This document shows, piece by piece, positions 28,903 to 38,372 of a stretch of 64,000 nt of DNA. This DNA is from Deltaproteobacteria bacterium (GTDB lineage Bacteria > Myxococcota_A > Polyangia > Fen-1088): the NCBI GenBank assembly GCA_033763315.1, contig JANRKS010000035.1:174291-238290 (forward strand), read 5' to 3'. Position 1 is the first letter of the stretch. The number at the start of each line of letters is the position of its first letter. Both the position numbers and the translations under genes were made by a program. The notes under the pieces were generated by a model. That model worked only from the letters and a program-made list of their open reading frames with translations, ran no database searches and was not told where the DNA came from.

Positions 28903-29579
28903 ATCATTCAGACCTCGCGAACGCTATCGTTCATTGGCTCGAATACGAGCGGCTCTGCGGGCGGTCAAACCTTCTGTCCGAGGCCGCCCTCAAGGCACCA
29001 GTAGGTGAGTTCTTGCTCAGCACACAGGGGCATTCACTTGAGGTCGAGGTGCCCTATCCGAAAGAAATGCAGCCCGCGAAAGGACGACCGAGGTCCGTAG
29101 ATTTCTGCCTTCGGCGAGCGGGTGGCGGGCGAGTATGGACGAGCATCGTCGAGTCCAAGTGGGCCAACGGCAAACGGGACTTGTCCCAGGAGGTCTTCGA
29201 CGACCTGCTACGTCTCGAGCACGTCCGTCGATCCTCACAGGTGGAGCCATTCGAGCGAGTATTCCTGCTCGCGGGGCAATCGAAGGCCATCGTCCAGGAC
29301 ATTTTCGAGCGGGAGGCGAACGGCGCCGACGGGCGAGTCCGGCTGTTCGAGGGGGTGCTTCCCCAGACTGGTTCTGCCGGCGTCCCGGTGGCCAACGCCC
29401 CGGCCGGCATCGTTAAGTATTGGCATGAGGCCGCAATAAACATCGGCCTCAAAGGTCTTCCGCTGACCATGAAGACGAAGCTTGTTGCTATGGCGAGTGC
29501 CGGAACCTTCGATTGTTGGGTGTGGCGCATCTCAAGCGCTCGAAATCGGAAAATCTGGGAGTTCGGAGAACAGAAATGA
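28899..29579 (+). CDS. Putative PD-(D/E)XK nuclease-fold protein
   Basis: 226 aa from ATG 28899, ATGA overlaps at both ends; SE...VDFCL...VESKW...DDLLRL pattern. Confidence 0.6.
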   Translation: MNHSDLANAIVHWLEYERLCGRSNLLSEAALKAPVGEFLLSTQGHSLEVEVPYPKEMQPAKGRPRSVDFCLRRAGGGRVWTSIVESKWANGKRDLSQEVFDDLLRLEHVRRSSQVEPFERVFLLAGQSKAIVQDIFEREANGADGRVRLFEGVLPQTGSAGVPVANAPAGIVKYWHEAAINIGLKGLPLTMKTKLVAMASAGTFDCWVWRISSARNRKIWEFGEQK

Positions 29580-32389
29580 TGAAACCCTGGTACAAGGTCG
29601 TGACCCCACGCGAGGACCTGCGCGATGGCAAGCCCCTCGACGCGTCGGAGTTCGCGGTCCACCTCGACCACGTTCGCGACGGGCGCGCGCCCGCCGTGTA
29701 CCAGAATCCGGCCGAGTTCTTCGAACGAACTTTCCTCACGAAGAATCTCAGCGAACTTTCCGGGCAGGTCGTCCGCCGGCTTTCCGGGGTGAAGGTCGAG
29801 ACATCAGCCATCTTCAACCTCTCGACGCAGTTCGGTGGTGGTAAGACCCACTCGCTGACGTTGCTCTTCCATCTCGCGCAGCACGGAGATGCCGCGAAGT
29901 CCTGGAAAGGCGTGAACGGCATCCTTCAGGACGCAGGCGTCACCAGCGTACCGAAGGCGGCGACGGCCATCTTCGTGGGCACGGAGTTCGATTCCATCAG
30001 CGGCCGCGGTGGCAATGACGGAACGCCGCTTCGAAAAACGCCCTGGGGCGAGATCGCCTACCAGCTCGGTGGCGAGGATGGCTTCAAGCTCGTCGCCGAA
30101 CATGAAAGGGAGCTGACTGCGCCGGGCGGCGACGTTATCGAGCGCATGTTGCCCAAGGGCAGACCGACGCTGATCCTTTTCGACGAGCTGATGAACTACG
30201 TAAACCGCAGCCGAAAGAGCGGCCTTGCGGCTCAACTTTACACGTTCTTGCACAATCTGTCCGAAGTTGCGCGCGCTCGGGACAACGTCGTTCTCGCGGT
30301 CTCGATCCCCGCCTCGGAACTGGAGATGACGACCGAGGATCACCAGGACTTCGATCGCCTCAAGAAGATGCTCGATCGCCTCGGCAAGGCCATCATCATG
30401 TCAGCCGAGACCGAGACCTCGGAGATCATCCGGAGACGGCTATTCGAGTGGCAAGGGTTGCCAAAGGACGCCATCTCGACCATCGAGGAATACGAGCACT
30501 GGTTGCTCGTCAACAAGCAACAAGTCCCGAGTTGGTTCCCCGTCGAGAACGCGCGCGAGGCGTTGAAGGCGTCGTACCCTTTCCACCCATCACTGCTCTC
30601 GGTTTTTGAGCGCAAGTGGCAGGGTCTTCCGCGTTTTCAGCAGACGCGCGGCGTGCTGCGCCTCCTCGCGTTGTGGGTGTCGAAGGCGTACAGCGAAGGC
30701 TACAGGGGAGCGCACAAAGATCCTCTCATATCTCTAGGGACTGCCCCTCTCGAAGATCCACTATTCCGTTCCGCGCTCTTCGAGCAGCTTGGTGAAGCGC
30801 GCCTTGAGCCGGCTGTGACCACGGACATTGCCGGCAAAGACCATGCGCACGCTTTGCGCCTCGACACCGAGGCGACGCCCGAGCTGAAGAAGGCACGTCT
30901 GCACCGGAAGGTCGCGACCACAATCCTCTTTGAATCGAATGGTGGCCAACAGCGCGGAGAGGCAACGCTGCCCGAGGTGCGACTAGCCGTAGCCGAGCCT
31001 GAACTCGACATCGGCAACGTCGAGCAGTGTCTCGAAGCCCTGACCGACCACTGCTACTTCCTGGCCGCCGAGAAGAATCGGTACCGCTTCAGCTTCCAAC
31101 CGAATCTCAACAAGCTCCTTGCCGACCGCCGCGCGAGCGTTAGCGCGGCCTTGATCGAAGAGGTCATGCGCAAGGAGATCCAGAAGGTGTTCTCAGCGGG
31201 GAGTGGCGTCGAGCGCGTGTACTTCCCAAAGAAAAGCAGCGAGGTCCCGGACCGCCCGGTGCTCACATTGGCCGTGCTCGCGCCCGAGAACCCGGCGCCC
31301 GAACCCGCCACCAAGAGCCTCATCGCTCAAATGACCACCGAGAGCGGATCGTCTTCGCGAACATTCAAGAGCGCCCTCATCTGGGCGGTTCCAGAGGATG
31401 CGTCGGCACTTCTGGAAGAAGCCCGTAAGGTGCTCGCGTGGAAGGACATCGACGCGGACTCGGGCGAGTTGAAGCTAGACGAGACGCAGCAGCGCCAACT
31501 CACCGAGAACACAAAGCGCGCCGAGCGCGATCTTCGTGAGGCGGTCTGGCGGGCTTACAAGAATGTCTTCTTGCTCGCCGACGACAACTCGATCCGGAAG
31601 ATTGACCTCGGTCTCGTCCACTCCAGTGCCGCGACCTCGCTCGTCGAGTTGATCCTCTCGCGCCTCAAGCAGGAGGACATCGTCGTCGAGGGTGTGAGCC
31701 CGAACTTTCTCACGCGCTACTGGCCACCTGCACTCCCCGAGTGGAGCACGAAGTCGGTGCGGGACGCATTCTATGCCTCGCCGAAGTTCCCGAGGCTCCT
31801 GAGGCCAGATGCGGTCAAGGAAACGATCGCGCGCGGCCTCGACACCGGAACGGTCGCGTATGTTGGCAAGGCACACGATGGTGGCTACGAGCCGTTCGTG
31901 TACAGGCGTTCCCTTGGATTGGGCGACATCGAGATCGCCGACGATGTGTACCTGATAGTCCGCGACCGCGCGGAGGAGTACCTGGCCAAGAAGGCGGCGC
32001 CCCCGGCCGCCACGACCGCGACGCTGGCCGTTTCGGACGGCGTCGCACAGCCCGTGCCGCGCACGTCGACCGGTGTGCCCCAGAGCACCACGACGGATAT
32101 CCCACGCGGCGTCTCGCCAACGACCACGACTTCAGGATCTTCGGAACCTCCGCTCGGAGCCGAGATCGCGGGCTTTCAATGGAGTGGGGAGATTTCGCCG
32201 CAGAAGTGGATGAATTTCTACACGAAAGTCCTATCGCGCTTCGCGACCAGCGGTGGTCTGAAACTCGCCGTGTCGGTCGACGTAGAACCGCCCGGCGGCA
32301 CCACCGTCTCGAAGGTGGAAGAAACGAAGGTGGCGCTGCGCGAGTTGGGTCTGGCGGAGGACATCACGTTCAAGCGGGGGCGGGGATGA
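29576..32389 (+). CDS. DUF499 AAA+ ATPase
   Basis: MKPWYKVVTPREDL, Walker A QFGGGKTH, Walker B LFDE, YPFHP, FQQTRGVLR. Confidence 0.9.
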   Translation: MMKPWYKVVTPREDLRDGKPLDASEFAVHLDHVRDGRAPAVYQNPAEFFERTFLTKNLSELSGQVVRRLSGVKVETSAIFNLSTQFGGGKTHSLTLLFHLAQHGDAAKSWKGVNGILQDAGVTSVPKAATAIFVGTEFDSISGRGGNDGTPLRKTPWGEIAYQLGGEDGFKLVAEHERELTAPGGDVIERMLPKGRPTLILFDELMNYVNRSRKSGLAAQLYTFLHNLSEVARARDNVVLAVSIPASELEMTTEDHQDFDRLKKMLDRLGKAIIMSAETETSEIIRRRLFEWQGLPKDAISTIEEYEHWLLVNKQQVPSWFPVENAREALKASYPFHPSLLSVFERKWQGLPRFQQTRGVLRLLALWVSKAYSEGYRGAHKDPLISLGTAPLEDPLFRSALFEQLGEARLEPAVTTDIAGKDHAHALRLDTEATPELKKARLHRKVATTILFESNGGQQRGEATLPEVRLAVAEPELDIGNVEQCLEALTDHCYFLAAEKNRYRFSFQPNLNKLLADRRASVSAALIEEVMRKEIQKVFSAGSGVERVYFPKKSSEVPDRPVLTLAVLAPENPAPEPATKSLIAQMTTESGSSSRTFKSALIWAVPEDASALLEEARKVLAWKDIDADSGELKLDETQQRQLTENTKRAERDLREAVWRAYKNVFLLADDNSIRKIDLGLVHSSAATSLVELILSRLKQEDIVVEGVSPNFLTRYWPPALPEWSTKSVRDAFYASPKFPRLLRPDAVKETIARGLDTGTVAYVGKAHDGGYEPFVYRRSLGLGDIEIADDVYLIVRDRAEEYLAKKAAPPAATTATLAVSDGVAQPVPRTSTGVPQSTTTDIPRGVSPTTTTSGSSEPPLGAEIAGFQWSGEISPQKWMNFYTKVLSRFATSGGLKLAVSVDVEPPGGTTVSKVEETKVALRELGLAEDITFKRGRG

Positions 32390-32491
32390 CGTGAAGTTCC
32401 CTCTCCTCCTCCAGTTCGACTGGGCCGCCCGAAGCGTCGCCTCCCGGGCACGTGCCACCGGTTTGGCTGATCACGTCGCCAACCTCCAATC

Positions 32492-33706
32492 ATGATCGCG
32501 CTCATGCCTTCGACCCAACAATGGCTCGACGCTTTGATTGTCCCTCGCCGCGTGAGGGTCGACTCATCGGTTGGGCTTGCCAAAAAAGTCGCTGGCATGG
32601 GTGTCTCAAAGAGCTTCAAGGGAACACCCAAGAAGGCCGTGGCGCTGCCGAGTGACACGTTCCCCAACAGAGTTCACGTTCGCCCAGCTGAACTCCTGTA
32701 CTACGTGGCAAAGGCTACGTTGCCCCAAATCGAGAATCTTTGCGATCTGTCGTCAACGTCAGCGCTGCTTCGGTACATTTGGGCATTCGAACCGAAACCG
32801 TCGGTCCACAACCTGAAACTGAGTAAGGAAGCGCTGGGTATCGATTTCCACCAGAAGATGGTGATGTCGGACGAGATTGGGTGCGGAATGGGATGCCTGT
32901 TTGTCGAGCGCTATCTCAGGGCGTGCAATCCTGTGCCGATCAGCATGGCCCTTGCAGATTCAGCGAACGCTTTTGGTATATCGAAAAAGTATTCGACCTC
33001 ACCTGACTTCATTTTTGCCGAGCCCCGACCAGACGGGAGGTATGTGGTGTTGGAGTGCAAAGGAAGTCGATCAGGGCGCGCCAACTCAGAGCGACAATTG
33101 CGCCGCGGGCTTGAGCAGGTGCCTTCAATCGTTTTCTCGTCTCCACCCGCGCCACTAGCAGTAGTCATGGCGACCAGCCTTTCGAAGGAACGCACGGAAG
33201 TGCTGGTTCTTGACCCAGAGGGCCGCCCGACCCACGTACGCGATCGCACCGAATTTGCCACGACCGTGAGCGCCCTCGGCAGGGAAAGTCTCATCAGGTT
33301 CGCTGGAGCAATTGGCCTCGCCCGCAGGAAAGCACGAGAACGCGAAAGCAAGCAGCCTGACTTCGGTCTAGAATTCGAGGGACCGCTGTCGCCACCTGCG
33401 GAGAAACCATCTCCCATGGGCATTCCACTCGTCGGATTCCGGCAATCTGCCCAGATTGGCGATGTTCGAGTCGAGCTCTTCCGGGGCATCTCGACGGCGC
33501 AGTTCCGAGCGCTTGAAACGGATGACATCGAACGTTCGCGAGCAGCTGCAAACCAACTTTTTGGGGCCGCGAGCGCCTTGCGACGCGGGGAAGAGTTCCC
33601 GGGACCAGTAGTGGTTGCGCGGGGCTCCGGCGAGCGGGAGCAGGGAATTGTCTCAGTTGTCGGCCCCGACGGCACGGCGGTTCTGATTGAGGCGTCTTCC
33701 GAGTGA
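32492..33706 (+). CDS. Putative restriction-endonuclease-like PD-(D/E)XK protein
   Basis: SDEIG...SPDFIF...VLECKGS...GLEQV; start could be 32504. Confidence 0.6.
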   Translation: MIALMPSTQQWLDALIVPRRVRVDSSVGLAKKVAGMGVSKSFKGTPKKAVALPSDTFPNRVHVRPAELLYYVAKATLPQIENLCDLSSTSALLRYIWAFEPKPSVHNLKLSKEALGIDFHQKMVMSDEIGCGMGCLFVERYLRACNPVPISMALADSANAFGISKKYSTSPDFIFAEPRPDGRYVVLECKGSRSGRANSERQLRRGLEQVPSIVFSSPPAPLAVVMATSLSKERTEVLVLDPEGRPTHVRDRTEFATTVSALGRESLIRFAGAIGLARRKARERESKQPDFGLEFEGPLSPPAEKPSPMGIPLVGFRQSAQIGDVRVELFRGISTAQFRALETDDIERSRAAANQLFGAASALRRGEEFPGPVVVARGSGEREQGIVSVVGPDGTAVLIEASSE

Positions 33707-33774
33707 CCCTGACTCATGTTGGAGCCCTGGGCGTGGGCCCCATTGTCAGCGGGCACTGCGCGCGTGGCTCAAAT

Positions 33775-34053
33775 CTAGTTCGGCGTGATGTCCCTTGGGT
33801 GCGCCATGTCGCTCTCCTTGAACTGCATGAGCGGGCCTCTGAACGGGCTCGACTCCGGCAGCATCGAGATCACCTCGTCGTACGCCGACGCGATCCATCG
33901 TCTCCGCTGTTCGTCAGACGGCTCTTCTCCGCGTGTCCGCGCCGCCAGTCTCACCGACGTGTAAAGCACCCGGGCTGAAGCTCGCAGTGACGCGATTGTG
34001 GCGATGGTCACGTCCTCGATGGTGCATGTGAAGTTCTCGATCACGACCGCCAT
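33775..34053 (-). CDS. Small hypothetical protein (92 aa), last gene of the TM-MBL-MBL operon
   Basis: AAGGAG RBS before ATG 34053, 21 nt after the MBL2 stop. Confidence 0.65.
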   Translation of the reverse strand: MAVVIENFTCTIEDVTIATIASLRASARVLYTSVRLAARTRGEEPSDEQRRRWIASAYDEVISMLPESSPFRGPLMQFKESDMAHPRDITPN

Positions 34054-34074
34054 CTTTTTCTCCTTATCCGACAA

Positions 34075-34929
34075 CTATGCTTCTCGCGCCGTCCACTCGG
34101 TGGTCCGCGTCCCCCATAGCCAGCCCTTTGCCGTCTGGAAGCTCTTCCCTGTGTGCGTCGAGTACACGTCCGCACCTGATGCTGCGTAAAGGTCTAGCGC
34201 CTCTCGATGTGGATGTTCGAACTGGTTTCCGACGCCGGCGCTGATGAGCACGGTGCCCGGTGACACGAACCCCAGCGTCTCCTCGTTGATTCCGTTCCGC
34301 GAGCCGTGGTGGGGCGCCGCCATCACGTCTGCTCGAAGCGCTTTACCAAAAATGCGGTTGATGCTCTCCCAGCGCAGATTCTCGGTGTCTCCCGTGATGA
34401 GGTACCGAAAACCGTCGCGGCCCTCCTTCGGGAACACCTTCGCCACGAGCGAGCAGTTGTTCGAGCTGCACATGTCCTCGGGGTGCGGGCTGAACACCTC
34501 GATGTCCCACTCGGCCGACAGCGTCGTGAACGTCCTCTCCTCGATACGGTCGAGCCGAATCGGTATTCGATTGAGCGGCGACGCCGTGCCCGCCCTCGCG
34601 TCTGTGTGCTCCTTGAGCGTCTTGAACACCTGCATCGCCGAGGTCGTAAACTTCCGGTACTGCGGATGCATCACCCAATCGGGCCTGTACTTGCCCAGAA
34701 TCCACGCGATGCCTCGGTGGTCGGCGTGGTCATCGTCCCACCCCGTGATCACGAGCCCCGTCACCCGCTTACCCGTGACCGCCTTGGAGAGCGCCGCCTT
34801 CACATACGCCGCCTGGCGGTCCGTCTGCGGGGGGATGTACGAGTCGACGATGATGGCCTCGTCCCGCCCCGCGATGATTGAGAGCGAACCCTGCGCGACG
34901 TATGGGGTGATGACTACCATGATGCTCAC
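34075..34929 (-). CDS. ComEC/Rec2-like metallo-beta-lactamase-fold hydrolase with altered metal motif (MBL2)
   Basis: VAQG...IVD, TGWDDDH (in place of THxDxDH), SNNCSLV, TGD, APHHGS, HPH; GTGA overlap with the MBL1 stop. Confidence 0.8.
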   Translation of the reverse strand: MSIMVVITPYVAQGSLSIIAGRDEAIIVDSYIPPQTDRQAAYVKAALSKAVTGKRVTGLVITGWDDDHADHRGIAWILGKYRPDWVMHPQYRKFTTSAMQVFKTLKEHTDARAGTASPLNRIPIRLDRIEERTFTTLSAEWDIEVFSPHPEDMCSSNNCSLVAKVFPKEGRDGFRYLITGDTENLRWESINRIFGKALRADVMAAPHHGSRNGINEETLGFVSPGTVLISAGVGNQFEHPHREALDLYAASGADVYSTHTGKSFQTAKGWLWGTRTTEWTAREA

Positions 34930-35939
34930 GCCGCCTTGGCCGGAATCGCATTCAAGCGCCATACCGGCCATGCCTTCAACGCCGCGTCATAGCTCGCTCC
35001 CGGCGCGTGTCTCCTGGCAAACGTTTCATTGCTGAATAGCACCTTCATCACGTCATCGGTCTGCACGTCCAGCACGACGTTGCCCGCCTGGTTGTTCGTT
35101 ACGAACGGGAGGCCCCGGCTATTCCACTCCTCGTACGCGAGGTGCTCCGAGGGGGCATTCCCGAATAGCGTCAGCGTCGGCCTCATCACGTCGAGAAAAT
35201 CGTAGTCGAGTCGCGAATGCCGGCCGTGGTGGGGCGCCACGAGGATATCAACGTCCTCGATCTCGCTCCTGTGGTGCTTCAGCAGGTGCTCGATGGTCTG
35301 CGTGCTGGCGTCCCCGCAGAAAAGCACTCGGAACTTGCCGACTCGGTAGAGCACGACATACGAGCAGTCATTGAACTTCTCGCAGTCGTTCGCCTGGCTG
35401 GTGAGTTCCTCGGTGGGCGCCAGGACGCTGAGCCCATCCCCGCCCCGCTGGTTATCCGCGTCGCGGTTCCAGAATTGCCCGACATCGCCATCGTGCAGGA
35501 TGAGGCGCTTCGTCCCGGGATGACCGGCTCGAAGCTCCTGGTAGAAATTCCAGTCGTCCTCGTTGAAGCCTCCGCTGCCCGCACCGAAGTCCTTTTCGGC
35601 GGTGTTGTTCGTGTCCCAGAAGTTGTAGACCGGGATCGCCTCGAAGAGTGCCTTCAGCCCATCCATGTGGTCCATGTCCGGGTGGGTGAGAATGAACCGA
35701 AAGATCGCCGAGACCCCCAGCCCTTGCAGGTACTCGATTGGGTTCTCGGGGTGTACCTTCTGATTGAAGTTGCCCCTGGGAGACACGCCCGTCAGCGCAC
35801 CGAGCGCTTTTTCGAGAATGGCCTCGGTCGACTTCGGGTCACGCGCTTTGCATACGTCGATCACGGTTACGCGCCCCGAGCCGTGCTGAATGATCGAGCA
35901 GTCGCCGTTTCCCACGTTCAGAAAATGAATTCTTGGCAT
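34926..35939 (-). CDS. ComEC/Rec2-like metallo-beta-lactamase-fold hydrolase (MBL1)
   Basis: IHFLNVGNGDC, THPDMDH, NDCSYV, CGDA, APHHGR. Confidence 0.88.
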   Translation of the reverse strand: MPRIHFLNVGNGDCSIIQHGSGRVTVIDVCKARDPKSTEAILEKALGALTGVSPRGNFNQKVHPENPIEYLQGLGVSAIFRFILTHPDMDHMDGLKALFEAIPVYNFWDTNNTAEKDFGAGSGGFNEDDWNFYQELRAGHPGTKRLILHDGDVGQFWNRDADNQRGGDGLSVLAPTEELTSQANDCEKFNDCSYVVLYRVGKFRVLFCGDASTQTIEHLLKHHRSEIEDVDILVAPHHGRHSRLDYDFLDVMRPTLTLFGNAPSEHLAYEEWNSRGLPFVTNNQAGNVVLDVQTDDVMKVLFSNETFARRHAPGASYDAALKAWPVWRLNAIPAKAA

Positions 35940-35943
35940 TCCC

Positions 35944-36702
35944 TCACTTCTCTTTCGTCGCGAGGTGCTCGGACGCCTCAACCAGGCGCTCGGCATAGTT
36001 GAACGCTGCCCTCCTGGCCTGCTCCTCGCTGAGCTGGACCTTGAAGAACCAGAGCAAGCCGCCGACTACGGCGCTCGCGACGATGGCACCGACTATCTGC
36101 TCGTGATTCGCAGCCGCCTGCGTCGCGCCAGCGGCCACCGCGGGTCTCATCGTCGTCACCAGCTTCGTCAAGGCGACAGCCAACCCCAAGAGAGAGGATG
36201 TGATGCCGGCCGTCCTGATGGCTAGAAGGTTGCGCCAGAACCCATAGGTGACGTTCTCGGCGTAGAGCAGCGGAAATGCTGCCTTGTCGCGGGTCTTGTT
36301 GATGAGAGCCCTCGTAATGGCCTTGTAGTCGTCGTCGAAGGCGCCCGGCCGCGCCTTCTCCTCTTCGGCGGTAGGAAGACGTACGTCGGAGATGACCTTC
36401 GCTATGAACTCCCGGTACCGTTGGAGGCTCTTCGGCGAAATGCGTTCGCTGCCCTTTCGAAGGACTTGGGTCGTCGGAGGGCCTCCCCACCTCGCCCATA
36501 GCCGAGGCTCAAGGTCGCGCCCCTTGTTTCGCACGAGGTGCGAGACAGCCGCGGCGACGGCCGCCAGCAGGGGCACGCTCGTGATGACGCCGATGACCGT
36601 GGTCGGGAGCCAGATCGTCATCGCGATCACGGACGGCGCAGCCACCAGAACGCAGGGCAGCCAACGCGCTCTGAAGCTGTAGCCGTCGAGCCCCAAGGTC
36701 AC
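35944..36702 (-). CDS. Membrane protein with ~4 TM segments, first gene of the operon
   Basis: GAGGT RBS and GTG 36702; hydrophobic segments at N- and C-termini flanking WGGPPTT and ENVTYGFWRN motifs. Confidence 0.75.
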   Translation of the reverse strand: MTLGLDGYSFRARWLPCVLVAAPSVIAMTIWLPTTVIGVITSVPLLAAVAAAVSHLVRNKGRDLEPRLWARWGGPPTTQVLRKGSERISPKSLQRYREFIAKVISDVRLPTAEEEKARPGAFDDDYKAITRALINKTRDKAAFPLLYAENVTYGFWRNLLAIRTAGITSSLLGLAVALTKLVTTMRPAVAAGATQAAANHEQIVGAIVASAVVGGLLWFFKVQLSEEQARRAAFNYAERLVEASEHLATKEK

Positions 36703-36792
36703 GGGCGCACCTCGGCCTCTGCGGCACCAGCGCATCGCACCATGTTCAGGTAAATCGCTCCCATCCAGCTCAGACCTGTCACGTGCTCGGTT

Positions 36793-37248
36793 TCACTTCG
36801 CCCACGGCGCTTCCTGGAAGTCCTCGATTCCGGAAGCCACGCGCGCCATTGCTTCGACGACCACCTTCTCGGTGGGCAGGACCACGGCCGCGCCTGTGAC
36901 GCCAACATCGGCTAGCTGCCTCAGCCGTCGGTCGACGCTCTCGATGCCCTTGAACACGCTGGCCGGCAGCTCTTGTCGCGACAAGAAGATGCGCGACCAC
37001 TTGCGCCCCTTCTGCCACATCGGCTTCGCGTACGGAAAAACAGAAGCGAGGTCGTCCTTCAGCCACTCGATGCGACTGCTTGGCATGCGGCTACGGGGCG
37101 CGACCTGAAGGCCGACGAATCGCATGTAGTCGGCTCGGCCGATGACCACGCAATCCACGCCGTTCATCCAAGCCCATTGAACGAGATAGCTGCCCAGCGT
37201 CCGATGCGTGCGCCTGGCCGCCTCGCGGTAGAACTTATCCGAGGCCAT
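36793..37248 (-). CDS. Hypothetical protein (151 aa)
   Basis: GGAGG RBS before ATG 37248. Confidence 0.65.
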   Translation of the reverse strand: MASDKFYREAARRTHRTLGSYLVQWAWMNGVDCVVIGRADYMRFVGLQVAPRSRMPSSRIEWLKDDLASVFPYAKPMWQKGRKWSRIFLSRQELPASVFKGIESVDRRLRQLADVGVTGAAVVLPTEKVVVEAMARVASGIEDFQEAPWAK

Positions 37249-37262
37249 GAAGTTTCCTCCAC

Positions 37263-37526
37263 TCAGGCGATGGTGAAGACCTCGGCTGACGGAAGCCGAG
37301 CGTATGCCAAGCGCTCGCTGATGGAGCGCACGCCGTTCTCGATCTCCTGCATGCCGCGTTTGCCATGGTAGTCGGCGAGGTTGCGGGCCTCGTCGAAGCT
37401 GACGGAGCACCGGACCAGCGTCGCCGGCATCTCTCGACCGTCCGGCAGGAATGCTCTGGCCTCGATCAAAACGCCTTCTGCCGTCGTGGTTCTGGTGATC
37501 CTGGTGTCGATGACGATAGTGCTCAT
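37263..37526 (-). CDS. Hypothetical protein (87 aa)
   Basis: ATGA overlap with the upstream ORF; AGAGGA RBS. Confidence 0.55.
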   Translation of the reverse strand: MSTIVIDTRITRTTTAEGVLIEARAFLPDGREMPATLVRCSVSFDEARNLADYHGKRGMQEIENGVRSISERLAYARLPSAEVFTIA

Positions 37527-37804
37527 AGCCGCGGGTCCTCTGGCAGTTCGTAGTAGCTCCCGTGCGAGGTCCGCCGAATCATTCCCTCGTCGGCCATCCA
37601 CTCGTACAGGTCCAGCATTTCGGAGTCGTTATCCGCCGCGAGCACGTAGTGGTCGCCGGTCTGCCGTCTGCGCTCTCGAATGCGCGCCAGCTCCTCGCGG
37701 GCGCGTTTGGCGCGGCCCCTGTTCTTGAACGCCTTTATGCCTACCTTCACGGCATCGACTGCCTTGTGGGCATTGCCGACGACGGCGAGCGCTTCGATAC
37801 CCAT
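37523..37804 (-). CDS. Hypothetical protein (93 aa), possible winged-helix C-terminus
   Basis: GGAGG RBS before ATG 37804; ...LYEWMADEGMIRRTSHGSYYEL. Confidence 0.55.
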   Translation of the reverse strand: MGIEALAVVGNAHKAVDAVKVGIKAFKNRGRAKRAREELARIRERRRQTGDHYVLAADNDSEMLDLYEWMADEGMIRRTSHGSYYELPEDPRL

Positions 37805-38372
37805 CTTGGGGGCCTCCGGAAAAGAGATACACCTCGCCCCATCGGGGGCGGCCCTTGGTGATCTAACCACCCCCGTGGCGTCGTCTAGTGACTTCTGCAA
37901 GAGACTAAGATTGTCGCCCCGCGCCGTACGCGTCGCCGGGCCGATCACTTGACGACCAGCCAACGCCCGCCCACTTGTTTGCAGCAACTCAACCTCGTCC
38001 TCCGTGAGGCTTACGTGTCCCCGTCCCCGTCCGAGGCTGTCGTCAATGCGTTCTGGCGACGCGGTCGCGTCGTGCGCGTTAACGTCGGGGCTGGATCCAG
38101 GAACGACTGGGCAGAGCGAACCGATCTCTCGAACAAACACGTCGGATTCGTAGCGCGCGGCGAGCGGCTGCCGTTCGTCCCCGTCCTGGTCCGGCTCGCT
38201 GAAGCTGGACAAAGATGCTTACCGACCGAAAGTGAGTGGGATGCGCGGGATCGGCCGAGTTGATGGCGTCCACACCTGCCTCGCGAGTTCCATCCGCGGT
38301 TCCGGTCGTGAGGGCAACATTAGGGCGGCATATCCCTCTGCGTCATCCAGCGCCACCTCGTTCGCCGCCACC

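Noticed and set aside
33775-36702. CBASS, Pycsar or 6A-MBL assignment
   Set aside because: No nucleotidyltransferase, cyclase, E1/E2 or JAB motifs in or near the operon.
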